Assembly (NCBI GenBank): GCA_010015805.1
Contig: ML978122.1
Location: forward strand, 1,584,453 to 1,648,452
DNA: 64,000 nucleotides
Origin: Rhizodiscina lignyota
Lineage: Eukaryota
Direction: 5' to 3'
The notes under the pieces are model-generated. The model made no database searches, was not told the DNA's origin, and saw only the letters and a list, made by a program, of their open reading frames with translations. A program made the translations under genes and the position numbers. The number at the start of each line of letters is the position of its first letter. Positions within the stretch are counted from its first letter, which is position 1. Of this stretch, positions 27,094 through 38,280 are shown one piece after another.

Positions 27094-27171
27094 GGTTGGC
27101 CGCAATATAGTAGCTTGTCCCTCGTTCAGGCTGTTACGTGGGATAGTCTGTTTCCTACATAGAATTACAAT

Positions 27172-27557
27172 CATAGTGGCCATCAATCAATTGATCGACC
27201 AGTGGCTGATTGAAATCAACTGTTGATCCGACTGATTGGACAGACTCATTATAAGACTATTCAGTTGAGTTGAGTCAGTTGACCGACCAGCGACTGATTG
27301 ATCGATCGAATATTTTAAGCCTTAAAGTCCTGGTTGTTTAGAATAGAGCTATATACTAAATTTTCTTAATCTGATTTTCACACTGGCTTCTATCCGACTC
27401 CTTCATATGTAAGTGCACGGCTATATTTTGTATAGGACACCTCTGCTAAGTCAGTTGCAACTGACGACTGATTAAATTTTACAGTTGAAACAGTCGGTAC
27501 GATTGATTATCTAACCAGGTTGCAATTTGACCGATCGACTGATTGATGGTCACTATA
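27172..27557. mobile_element. Non-autonomous MITE-like DNA transposon (possibly hAT-type)
   Basis: Terminal inverted repeats of about 25 bp: left ATAGTGGCCATCAATCAATTGATCG, right reverse-complement ATAGTGACCATCAATCAGTCGATCG. Flanking direct repeat TTACAAT/TTACAAC. Several subterminal CGACTGATTG copies, AT-rich core, no ORF. Confidence 0.75.
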
Positions 27558-27763
27558 TTACAACATCTGTCGTTGAAATCTCTCATCTCCATTGGTTTCT
27601 CTATCCTCAGACGGAGTACAATAAATTGCACCATGTGCCCACTCCCTAGACGGCTAGTAGCCAGAGCTTCACTGACTGAGCACACACCCTTGTATCACCG
27701 CACGGCTGCTTATATTTCTGCGATCTGCCTAAAACCAGTGGGCCTACTATGGGAACAGCTAGA

Positions 27764-29572
27764 CTATAGGCTTTTCGGAATGATGGGTAACTGGAGATAG
27801 TTCTCAACTCCCTCGCCGAAGTGAATGGTGTTCAATCCACCAAAACGTTCGGTACTTCTGTCTGTAGTGTTTTCATGTCTGAATAGACCGCTACCCCCTG
27901 TGTCCCCTGACGCCACCTCCAGAACTAGGGTGTCGCCCTCGCTCATGATGACGTTCGTTGGCCAGATTTCCACGTCTACGGCGTAGATTATACCGGGTTC
28001 GAGGAGTTCTTCGTCGGTGGAGAAGTATTGGCGATAAGGCAGGTAGCTTCGATGCTGAGAGTGTATCTCATCCGTCTTCCTAAGGCTGCATCGGAGCCAG
28101 CCCTTGGTCACCGGCACAGGATCACCAACCGCCCCAGTGTATAGGATTTCCTTGCCCTTGGCATCAAGGTGTCTCAACGTCACAAAGATATCCATGTCTG
28201 AGGGCACCTGGTCTGGCTGCTCGTCGCAAGGGGAGACAGACACATTGAGATGTGCCGCAATGTGGCCAGTAATCTCGGTCTCCGTCTTGAAAGATGCCAA
28301 AAATGTAACAAACTCGGGCTTTGTGACAGACCCGAGTGCTTTGTACGTGACGGCGGACTTCGGAGATTCTCTCGCTGGCCGATCTGTCGTGAGTCTAGAG
28401 TCCTGCGTGAGGTAAAAGCGCACATACTCTGTGCGAGCAATCGGCCATTCTCGTTCCTCGCGGCGCTGGAAGAGTTTCTCTGCCTCGGCATTATTGTGGC
28501 CAACGTCGCCTTTGCGCAGGAGAACGCTGACAGACGCGATCTTGCCGGGCACTGACCAGCCAACCTCGTCCTTGCCCTTGAGCCATGCATCGAGGAATCC
28601 TCGCTGAAGTTCGACCTCATCTTTGTAATAAAACGGCAGATCATGCCTTCCCGCCATGAAACGCAAAAATTTGAACTCGGAGCTGGCAAACATGTAGCCT
28701 ACTACGTTTCCGCGCAGATGTAGGCCCGAATTTCCTAAGTTGGCAACTGAAAGCAGGGGAACTTTGATGTCTTCGAGCCTGAAGTCCCGAGAAGCGTAAT
28801 ACTCTTGGTCACGGAAACGATATTTCTCGTTGTCAATGTTCTGATCCCGTCGATTGTCCTTGAGTTCCTCCTCTGAGAGATCACCTTCTATAGTGTCATC
28901 GCCTCGGCCAGCGGCAGCGCGGCCGGGTCGGCCGTACTGGTTCGTGATGACCTGTCGATTCCACCAGAAACGTATGAATGCGTCCGATAGAATCCCGCCG
29001 TGGCGGCACCGATCGCGATAGTAGTCGGACATGCCTTCCCATGGGATGATGCATGCAAGGCCGCGCGGTTGCCGGGCTGCGACGCGCCACTGAGTGCCGG
29101 CGAAATAGCTCACGCCCAGCAGACCGACTTTGCCGTTCGACCAGGGCCGCTGCGCAGCCCATTCGATTGCATGGCAGAAAGCGTTGGCAGTGTCGTTGGA
29201 CATGGAGTCGAGATAACCAGGAGACTGACCGAAGCCCCTTTCGTCGCAGCGCACAACTGCATATCCATGGCGGGTCCAGAACACTGGATCAGGCGTTTCC
29301 CAAGCAGAGTACTTGGATTTCTGCTCTGGCTCCACTTCAGAGAACGACTGCGGGTGGAACTTGTTGTACTCGATATCCTTTCCGTACGGTCCATAGGTCA
29401 TAATTACTGGCAGTGCAGTTCCTACGGCAGTCGAGGAGCTCAGGGGTCGATAGATATTGCACCGGATTGGATAATCGGAATTAGGAATAGGAATGCTGAC
29501 ATTTTTGTCAAAAAGAACATTATTCTCTTCATCGTAGAAGGTTTCTTGAATGTCCTTGATTTTGTTCGGCAT
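27764..29572 (-). CDS. CocE/NonD family alpha/beta hydrolase (peptidase S15-like, with C-terminal PepX_C-like domain)
   Basis: Motifs PVIMTYGPYGKD, DERGFGQSPG, WSNGKVGLLGVSYFAG (nucleophile G-x-S-Y-x-G), GRHDLPFY, VTKGWLRCSLRK, VEIWPT. Intronless, 602 aa. Confidence 0.92.
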   Translation of the reverse strand: MPNKIKDIQETFYDEENNVLFDKNVSIPIPNSDYPIRCNIYRPLSSSTAVGTALPVIMTYGPYGKDIEYNKFHPQSFSEVEPEQKSKYSAWETPDPVFWTRHGYAVVRCDERGFGQSPGYLDSMSNDTANAFCHAIEWAAQRPWSNGKVGLLGVSYFAGTQWRVAARQPRGLACIIPWEGMSDYYRDRCRHGGILSDAFIRFWWNRQVITNQYGRPGRAAAGRGDDTIEGDLSEEELKDNRRDQNIDNEKYRFRDQEYYASRDFRLEDIKVPLLSVANLGNSGLHLRGNVVGYMFASSEFKFLRFMAGRHDLPFYYKDEVELQRGFLDAWLKGKDEVGWSVPGKIASVSVLLRKGDVGHNNAEAEKLFQRREEREWPIARTEYVRFYLTQDSRLTTDRPARESPKSAVTYKALGSVTKPEFVTFLASFKTETEITGHIAAHLNVSVSPCDEQPDQVPSDMDIFVTLRHLDAKGKEILYTGAVGDPVPVTKGWLRCSLRKTDEIHSQHRSYLPYRQYFSTDEELLEPGIIYAVDVEIWPTNVIMSEGDTLVLEVASGDTGGSGLFRHENTTDRSTERFGGLNTIHFGEGVENYLQLPIIPKSL

Positions 29573-29779
29573 ACCTAGGTATTGAATGATTGTTGAGCGA
29601 TAAAGACAAAATAATTCTCGTTAGATCGCAGCCGGCTCAGACGTGAAGTGAGAACCACTTTTTGAACCTACATACATACTTGCACCTGCGTTTAGGTGCA
29701 GAGGTTATTCTTCAGCCGACAAACAGATCCATCCTACGAAGTATGGGGAGCTCTCCAGCGCATCCGGAAAGGGGCCAAG

Positions 29780-29789
29780 CGGAAACCCC
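29780..29789 (+). promoter_or_regulatory. Putative site CGGAAACCCC in the CocE/TF2 divergent promoter
   Basis: Motif instance read directly. Confidence 0.5.
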
Positions 29790-29912
29790 AGGGCGCCGAT
29801 CCGGCCGGAGGGATACTCTAAAAGTGGAAACCCCAACGACCTCGCTCCCATCTAATATTGATCTAACTTATGATTCACTGCGGCGCCCGCCCTGGTATGA
29901 AGAGGCACCAGG

Positions 29913-31747
29913 ATGACCAACACAGGGCAGCTCCATAATCCTACCGAGTCGGTCCTCTTGTCACAAGGTCAACCGACCAAATGGGAGACGCGTGAGGCAA
30001 TCATAACGCCGGATGATGATTTTCTCGTCAATTTCAAGGAGCGACTGATTCACAGTGAGGACGGGAAAATTAGCGGTGACCAGCACCTGCAGGGGTTTCA
30101 GGAGCTGCGTTTGCCACTTAGCTCTACGCAGCATCAAGTAAGCTCTGTTCGCGCCTCGTGCTTGGAGCTGTAGTAGCCTGATAGAGACTGACTGGCATCG
30201 AGTAGGATGAATCAAGGCATTTCACATACCCATTATCCGTGCTGGGTAGTAGCCCTGTTGGCTCAAACTTCAACTTGGAAGACGAGTTGGCAAGTCGACG
30301 CCCATCGTTTAATTCAACGCTCGAGTGCCACATCTACCTTGATGGGCTTCAGATTCGAAGTCTTTGGGATCCCGATGCCATTCTACCACCGTATCTTGAT
30401 GCTGCCCTGGCAAGTCTCACATGCCTAATGGGGGAGGACATTGATCATCCCAGAAGTCATTACCTATTCATGACCGGAGTCAGGTTGCTCCTTGTGATGC
30501 TCGAAGTCGACAATAGAGAAGCCCGGAAGGTCGAAGGGGCACTGGCCGTTAGTATGCCCTATGGGTGTCTCTGTGATTATTCGAATACTCACAGTCCACG
30601 TCTAGGCACTCTTATTGTCTTCTTGGGGTCTCTTAACCTCCTGTCGATCGGATTGGAGAATTGCCACGAACACGCTAACATTCTTCATGGCGGTGAGCTT
30701 GGACAGTGAATGTTAGACCCATCCATCATATTCTGACTATCTATCGATACTAGATGATGAGACGGCTGACACCTGCAACTTCCGTCTCTCCTGGCGTGTT
30801 TCCCAGGACTGCAAGGTACAGGATCCCATCGTGGCTTGCAGAACAATCCTTGTTCATTGAAGAAGGCTAGCTGAATTGATATACATAGCCCATATAGTGC
30901 CCTTGTCCGCTTCGGCTTCCTTGTTGACACTTTGGCGGCAATTCATCATAACCAAGCTCCCGGATTTTCGACTAGCGAATTAAGGATATCCATGCTCTCC
31001 TCGGACCATTCTTTCAAAGTAGTGTACTACAGTTTGCTCAGCGGAAGTTCAGTCATACCGGAAGATGTTCGGAACGATGAGGATGGGCTACTTCTGCTCA
31101 CAGCCATATTGTCAGATACACTCTTTCTACAGCGAAATATTTGCTCGATCACTCTTTCTGGCAACAGCAATAGACGGAGTCCTCACCTAGCATTTCAAGA
31201 AGCCAATCCATTTGCCGCTCTGACGCCCAGAGGCGAGTACCATCGCCAGAAACTGATCATGTCAAATGGCCTGGATCGGTGGCTTTCCCATTTTCGGCAC
31301 ACTACATCGACAAACGTCCTAGCATTTCACCACTTCTGCACGCTTTGCTTGCTATGTCCAGACTTGGGGCTCCTCGCCCAGCGCGCAAGCTATCCTCCAC
31401 AGGGAGGACCAGAGCAAGAGCGCCTAAGAGAAGTTGGGTTACCCAGGGATCATGGCCACAAGGTGATGATTACCGAGGAAGCTTTGCACGCGGCGTGGAG
31501 AGTAGTGGATCAGGTGAACGTGAAAACGCAGCGAGACAAATACTCTATCTGGCTTCCGATCGTGATTTTCTTCTCGGCTCTGGTGGTTTGGTGTAAAGCG
31601 AAAGAGACTGAGGATGAAACAACAGGCCACCGGTACACATCTAGGAAGACTCTAGCAGCTTTTGCCAGGGAGCTGGATGAACTGCCTTGGCCATGTTGCA
31701 GGGTCATGTCAGCCACTCTAGCTGATCTCATGCGGGAGGAGAAGTAG
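29913..31747 (+). CDS. Fungal transcription-factor-like protein apparently lacking a DNA-binding domain
   Basis: Five exons link through GT-AG introns (donors gtaagc, gttagt, gtgagc, gtacag). The C-terminus HAAWRVVD...WLPIVIFFSALVVW resembles the end of the 20107-22914 TF (SWHACCLI...YIPYAIFFSTLVLW). No Cys/His finger found. Start uncertain. Confidence 0.65.
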
Positions 31748-32377
31748 TTTTAATGAGAGATGTGACCTACTCTCAGTAAAATGAGGACACTGTATTTCAG
31801 ACTCGGTAGAGTAGCTCATGCATCTGAGATGATCTTGTTTGTTACCGATCCTATTCCATCAATTTCGAGCCGCACCACGTCACCTATCTCTAGTCTGAAT
31901 CTTGCAAACTCAACTCTAGCCCCCAAAAGAAAGGTCTGTTATGGACCTAATTGAGCCTCGTAAGCGCACGTCCCCGATCGGCGTCGACGGTGGTTGTAGA
32001 AGGCCGAGGCTGCGCAATCGGTATCAACCCCACGAACCGGTTCCTGGAGAAATCCGACGATAATCTTGGGGTCAGCCGTGCTGATTGTGCCGCTTACCAC
32101 ATCTGGAGCCTGGTTAAGTCTGCCCGTTCATTTCGATATACCCGGAAACCTCGATGAGACAAGCTGTGCTTTGAATCGGGCTTTCTTTATGATTTCGGTA
32201 TCATCGGTCTTTGGGACGGGCCGTTTTATAAACCCAGCACAATGGCCTTGAGCTCACCGTCTATTTCTGCCATCTTATATGCTTTGAACACATCCGCCAA
32301 GAGAAACAAGAGAAAGGAACAACGCCGAGTTGGCTGCGCGAACTTCGATCAAATACTTTGGCTTTTTTTCATTAACC

Positions 32378-33448
32378 ATGGCCGGCCCTAATAAGATCAA
32401 TTTGCAACGGCTATCGTATGTCATCTATGAGCACCCCGACATGGAGAGCTTTGAACGCTTCGCTGAAGACTTCGGCTTCGAGTCCGTGGGTAAGGCGGGA
32501 GGTAGAGATGTCTTCTTCCGTGGCTACGGGCCAGACCCATTCGTCTACGTTGCGCGGCTATCACCGAATGGAAGCCCTAAGAGGTTTTATGGTGCTGGTT
32601 TTGTTGCGCGCACAGCTCAAGACTTTGATAGAGCATGCCAGATGCAGGGAGCAGAGGTGAAAGATGTCTCTCACCGCCCAGGGTCTGGCAAGATGGTCAG
32701 TGTGCCCGACCCTAATGGCTTCGTTATCGAGATTGTCTACGGCCAGGAAGAAAAGATTGTGCCGAGACAAGGGATTTCCGTTGTCGAGGGTGGACGTCCA
32801 ATTGTGAATGGGGCTGTCCAGAAATCTCGCAAAGGTAGGTGCATCAGTCCATATTTCCTACACGCCACTCGGCTGTTAAACCTCCCCAACCAAGACATCT
32901 CGGAGAACTCACTTCATTTTAAAGGTGTTTTCAACCGTATGAGCAGCAACCCTGCAAAGGTTCATAAGATAGGACACTTCGGATACATGACGGACAACTA
33001 CAAGGACACTTGCGCTTGGTATGGCGGACATTTCAACCTCAAAGCCTCAGATATCGTGCATCGCCCGGGCGATGAGTCTGCCGAACTGATGTGTTTCTTC
33101 CACTTGGACCTTGGGGCTGAGTACTCGGACCATCACTGTCTCCTCGTGGCGGGCCACCACGGCAATGGGAGTGGAACACGCATCCATCATTCGTCGTTCG
33201 AGGTTGAAGATCTGGACACCCAGATGATGGGCCACCAGTGGCTGGCGGAGAAGGGATATAAACCCATGTGGGGTGTTGGCAGGCACGTCATGGGCTCGCA
33301 GATCTTTGACTACTGGTACGACACCACAGGGTTTATCATTGAGCACTACGCGGACGGCGACGTGGTCAACCAAGACACGCCAACTTGTCGGTCTGCTGGT
33401 ACTCCAGCAGCAATCTGGGGCCCACCCTTGCCTGTCAAATGGGATTAA
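32378..33448 (+). CDS. VOC-family extradiol ring-cleavage dioxygenase (trihydroxytoluene oxygenase/DntD-like)
   Basis: Two VOC domains with HKIGHFG, DHHC, IHHSSFEV, WGVGRHVMGSQIFDYWYD, FIIEHYADGD. In-frame 90-nt intron at 32835-32924. Confidence 0.9.
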   Translation: MAGPNKINLQRLSYVIYEHPDMESFERFAEDFGFESVGKAGGRDVFFRGYGPDPFVYVARLSPNGSPKRFYGAGFVARTAQDFDRACQMQGAEVKDVSHRPGSGKMVSVPDPNGFVIEIVYGQEEKIVPRQGISVVEGGRPIVNGAVQKSRKGRCISPYFLHATRLLNLPNQDISENSLHFKGVFNRMSSNPAKVHKIGHFGYMTDNYKDTCAWYGGHFNLKASDIVHRPGDESAELMCFFHLDLGAEYSDHHCLLVAGHHGNGSGTRIHHSSFEVEDLDTQMMGHQWLAEKGYKPMWGVGRHVMGSQIFDYWYDTTGFIIEHYADGDVVNQDTPTCRSAGTPAAIWGPPLPVKWD

Positions 33449-33731
33449 TTGTATCTTGAATAATATATAGAAAAGGGTGTAAAAGATGGGCCTGCCCTGG
33501 ATGCTTCCAAATCCGGTGCGTTTCACGTGACTCCAAGAGTCTACCTAGAAATAAGTGCTCCTGATGCAAATGCAGGTGGTCCCTTAGCCGGTTAGAGGTT
33601 ACTCCGGGTCGGAGCCGAGCTGAACGTAGGGAAAAATAGAAAAAGCGATGTCGAAGCTGATGAGGCGGAACTAACGTCATACCCCACAACGGGGTATGTA
33701 ATGGGGTCCCACGGTCCTTAGGGCTCAACAT

Positions 33732-33741
33732 GGGGTTACCG
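33732..33741 (-). promoter_or_regulatory. Putative site CGGTAACCCC upstream of the GST-like gene
   Basis: GGGGTTACCG on the + strand. Confidence 0.45.
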
Positions 33742-34034
33742 AGCCTGCGTCAACGGCGTTCCCACAGTCCCATCTGCCCTTGGACCGGAAACATTAGAAG
33801 CAATAGCAGGTAGCTTCTATAATACAGTATCTCACGTCATGAATTTACGTTCTAGGATCAACATGGAGTGCAGCGTGGGCTTGCTTACGTCCATCTCTCC
33901 GGTTCGAATATTGAACATCCTTAGTCTTATTGTTATCCTCCGCGGCTCTATACCATAGTTGATTTCTGCCTCAGCCTTCATCACGCAGACCTGTTGCAAT
34001 ATCATATCCAACTTTATCACTGACCATTGTCAAG

Positions 34035-34958
34035 ATGGAGGCAGCATCCTACACTCTCCATCATCACAGATATTCCATCTGCTCTATTATGGTGAGATAC
34101 TGCATCGCTATTCGAGGGGAGCCCAAAAGCGGCATGTCCGAAGCGACATTCTTCGAAAAGGAGATAGACATCTTCGCAAACGAGCAGCTGTCCGAAGACT
34201 TCCTCTGCCATGTGAACCCAAAAGGCCAGGTATTGCTTAGTTTCCCCGGTCGCTCACCACTCTTCTGTTTCAATGACCACCTGACCATGCAATCAGGTCC
34301 CAGCGATTACCACTTCGAGTCTTGATCAGCCACTCTACGACAGTGTAACAATCACACATTATCTTGCCAGCTTATACCCAAGTCTGATGCCGCCATCTCA
34401 TCGTCAGCTGATTTCCAGCCTGATTGATCTCTTGCATAGCATCAATTTCTTTTCCTTGAGCTTCGCAGGGTCGAAGAACGGCGACCCTGCCGGACATATC
34501 AAGCAAGAAATTCAACGCCGACTGAGGAAAGATGTATCACCTAGGTACCGGGAAGCCTTAGAATATAAACTAGCAGTGTAGGTTCTGCATGGAGTCTCGC
34601 ACCTCAAGACTCTTAATCCCAGAACAATCATATCATGGCTGACTCTCTCCCAATTCACAGTCATGAAGCCGAGAAAGTCTACGGCCTGGGATCCGATTTT
34701 GTTACGAAAATGATCAGTCGCACCGAGAGTCTGCTCTTCATATGTCAACAGAATCTGCCAGAAGGGGCTAGGTGGATGCTTGGTTTACCACAACCCAGCG
34801 CTCTTGACGCACACCTGGTGACTTTTATAGCGAGACTGGAGGATGCGGGCAGAACGAATCTCGTGCCACCACGACTCTCAACATATTGTGCAGATGCGCG
34901 CGAGACTGAAGAGTGGAGGCGCATCATGCAAGGAAGAAAGACTGCCCCTGGCAGGTAG
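34035..34958 (+). CDS. Glutathione S-transferase-like protein
   Basis: YSICSIMVRY, EQLSEDFLCHVNPKGQ|VPAI, DSVTITHYL (GST N-terminal) and PSALDAHLVTFIARL (GST C-terminal). Two introns. Confidence 0.8.
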
Positions 34959-36030
34959 TAGGGTGACAACGTGGGCGTGAAAGTGGAGCATGTGAACTGC
35001 AGTCTATAGCATTCGCCCGCATCAACTTCCTCTGTCCCATGACATGGAGCACTTTCCAAGACAAGATCCTCACCCCTCCGACCTTTTGAGCGCACCATGA
35101 AGAGCTGCAGCCACCCCAACAATCCAGGCAGAGCAGTGGTCAAGTGGTGAGTTTCTGGCATGAGCAACAATACAGCGGCAAGCGGCCGGGTACGTATGTT
35201 AGCTAGAGCAACGTAAAACATGATAACATAGCAAACCTTCTCCACTTTCATGAATAACTTCACTACGTCGCCCCTGAGCTCCTCTTTCGAGGACGTCCTT
35301 TCCTGCCTACGTCAGAATCCTGACTTGGGTGATCTTGACATGGAGATTAACAGCGAATGGTAGTCGCTACAGGAACCGGAGGCATAGGACAGTCAGGCGC
35401 CCCATATTAAAGTCACTTTGACCTGGAAGTTGCTGCTGCTAGGAGCTGCTAGGTATTTCCGGCACCACCACCAATGACGACGAAGGGTTCGATCTACCCT
35501 CCAGAAGTGTTCTTACATGTATAAGACGAATCTCTCTCCTAACTGATTGCCTGTGAGCATCTAATGCTTAGTGACGGGAAACTGAATTGACCCCAAGTCG
35601 GGGCGACTGTCTGAGACTTGTTGGGCCGTTTGTGCGAGGTTGGTACAGCCAACTAAGCCCTCTTGCACGAGAGCACTTCTTCCCACTCCTACTTCCGGCA
35701 GACCCCACTCGGGGTCACCCGCATTCCGGGTGGAGTAGAAGTAAGTGTCGGAAGTGTCGGAACATCGGACACGGCTCGCGTCGCGAATGTGCCGATTGAG
35801 GCTGAAGGAGCCAATACTACAACTCCTCTCGTGCTGAACCGATATGGAAAAGGCCCTTCCCTTATCCTACTCCGCAATTTCTCCGCAAAGCTTCTTCCCC
35901 CAGTAAACCTCTTACCCCGCAAATGCGCCTTAACCAACGGCCTCTGCAGTACAAGCTTAATGCCCACCCAATTAACCCACAACTGCGAACTACTTTTGGC
36001 TTTCAAACACCAAAACACAGGGAGATCGAT

Positions 36031-36054
36031 GGGGTTCCGCCGCGGGGGACTCCG
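36031..36054 (-). promoter_or_regulatory. Two putative sites (CGGAACCCC, CGGAGTCCCC) upstream of the P450
   Basis: GGGGTTCCG at 36031-36039 and GGGGACTCCG at 36045-36054. Confidence 0.5.
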
Positions 36055-36404
36055 ACATGAAGAGGAGACACTACACGAACACGACGCTATTTCAGGGAAA
36101 AAAGTGTTTTTTTATCGGCTACTCCTTCACAGGGATTGTGTGGAGAGAATGTCGTTACGGGTCATAGCAGGTATGCATGTCTACGAGACAATAGTCACGG
36201 CACATATATAGAGGCAGGAAGCCTGTCCACCTCGAAAATACGATGTTTCTATTCCTTCTTAACTTTTATTTTCCGCTCTCTTATTTAGCTGCTCTATTTT
36301 CACGCTATTATCATCAATATAAACCTTAAGTTGCGCGAATTCCTTCCCCTTGTACGAAGTCCTTGGTCCTCTACATTGTTGCCTCCCTGGCCCGTCAGGA
36401 CATC

Positions 36405-38125
36405 ATGTTTCTCGCATTATCCTTGGCAACAATTTTCAAAACCTCTATTGCTATTGTTAGCATCTCCATGTTGACATGAATTGGGCTAAATGGTCTTTAA
36501 CACATAAATACAGGCAATCGGATATTTCCTGTGCCAATGTGGCTACAATGTCTTGTTCCATCCTCTACGACACTACCCTGGCCCCAAGCTATGGGCAATG
36601 ACCCGCATCCCTTACACGTGCATGTTCCTGTCGGGAAAGGCGCACATTCGGATTCTCGAGTTCCACAAGCAGTACGGTCCTGTGGTTCGAATTGCGCCGG
36701 AATTCTTGTCGATGAGTCACGAGGATGCCATGAAAGAGACCCGTGATCACCGCAAGGACGGCAAGGCTCTGCTGATGAAAGAACCTATTCATCATGCTGA
36801 TCTGCAGAAAACTCTTTTTGGCGCCACTCGCGACGACCATACGCGATATCGGCGGGCAGTGGCTCACGGTTTCTCTGCCAAGTCCATGCAGGATCAGCAG
36901 CCACTCATACAGACCTATATCAGTATGCTGATGAGACGTCTTCGTGAGCAGTGCGATGGAGGTTCAACGGCGTTGGACATGGTTAAATGGTTCAATTACG
37001 CAACCTTCGATGTCATTGGTGATCTATCGTTCGGTGAATCATTTGGATGTCTCGAAAACTCAGATTATCATCCGTGGGTCGCACTCATCTTCGATGTGGT
37101 CAAAGACTTGACGTGGAGGCTGAGTATGAAGCGTTATACGCTTCTTGCACCTCTCTTAAAGTACCTTATCCCGAAGCAATTGTCACGCAGGTTTGAGGAG
37201 CATAGCGAGCTGTCTCGAGCTAAATTGCAGAAGAGACTTGCTACTCTAACTGACCGGCCCGATTTCATTGGCTCGATGATTAAAGCTCGCTCGAAATCTG
37301 AAAATGTAAGCAAAACCGACGAAAACAAGTAATGGCACACTAAGGGGATTCGAAACAGAGTATTTCGCTCAGTGAAATCGAGACAGTCGCAGCCCAGCTC
37401 ATCATCGCCGGTTCCGAAACGACCGCCACGACTCTGTCCGCGACAACTTACTATCTAACTAGACATCCTCACGTGCTGGCAACGCTGTGTGCTGAAGTCC
37501 GCTCATCCTTCAGCAGCGAGAAGGAAATAAACCTGTTTAATGTGCAGAACCTACGTTACATGATGGCTGTCATTAACGAGTCGATGAGAATGTATCCCGC
37601 GACACCTGGCGGGCAGCCTCGTCAGGTTGATGAGAGCGGGGCTATGATTCTAGGGCAATATGTTCCTGGCGGTGTAAGTAAACCGGAATTCCACTACTTC
37701 GAATTTGATTCATTGACAAGCTTTGTGATGCAGACCAAGATTGAAATCTGGCAATGGGCGCTGTACCATAATCCACGCTGTTTCACAAGGCCCGACGATT
37801 TCATACCAGAGCGATGGCTAGATGACCCACATTTTGCAGCAGATAAGAAGGATGCTTTTCAGCCTTTTTCAGTTGGCCCGCGCAGCTGTATTGGCAGAAA
37901 GTGAGTTATAACAAGTCCCTAGACTTGGTGTTGTTGCTAACGATTATTTTGCTCATCAGCTTGGCATATGCTGAAATGCATCTGATTATAGCACGACTGG
38001 TGTGGAATTTTGATATTCGCTTGGCACAGGGATCAGACGATTGGGATCAAAGAAGCAATGTCCTTCTACTTTGGGAAAAGCCAGGTTTGTATATTTCTTT
38101 GGAGCCGAGGGAAATATCCTCATAG
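36405..38125 (+). CDS. Cytochrome P450 (CYP65/Tri11-like)
   Basis: FHPLRHYPGP, FDVIGDLSFGESFGCL, AGSETT, ESMR (ExxR), FIPERW, FSVGPRSCIG (haem Cys). Four introns. Confidence 0.93.
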
Positions 38126-38280
38126 TGCCATTCGGGGCTTGATTTGCAATGAATAATGATGGACTGTAAAGTAACCGATGCAAGAATGTTACCGGAGACA
38201 AATCCTCGAAGATCCTCTTTCGGCAAAACACAGGGAACGGGAGCCAATGCAGCGCCACAGCGTACAGCGGAGACATTAAT

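Noticed and set aside
27181..27550. Repeated CGACTGATTG units as a CRISPR-like or satellite array
   Set aside because: Spacing is irregular, the context is eukaryotic, and the units are explained as subterminal repeats of a TIR element.
32835..32924. Apparent 30-aa insertion in the dioxygenase
   Set aside because: It has GTAGGT...AAG ends and is best read as an in-frame 90-nt intron.
35587..36211. ORFs between the GST-like gene and the P450
   Set aside because: Non-ATG starts, no domain signal, and they overlap the P450 promoter motifs.
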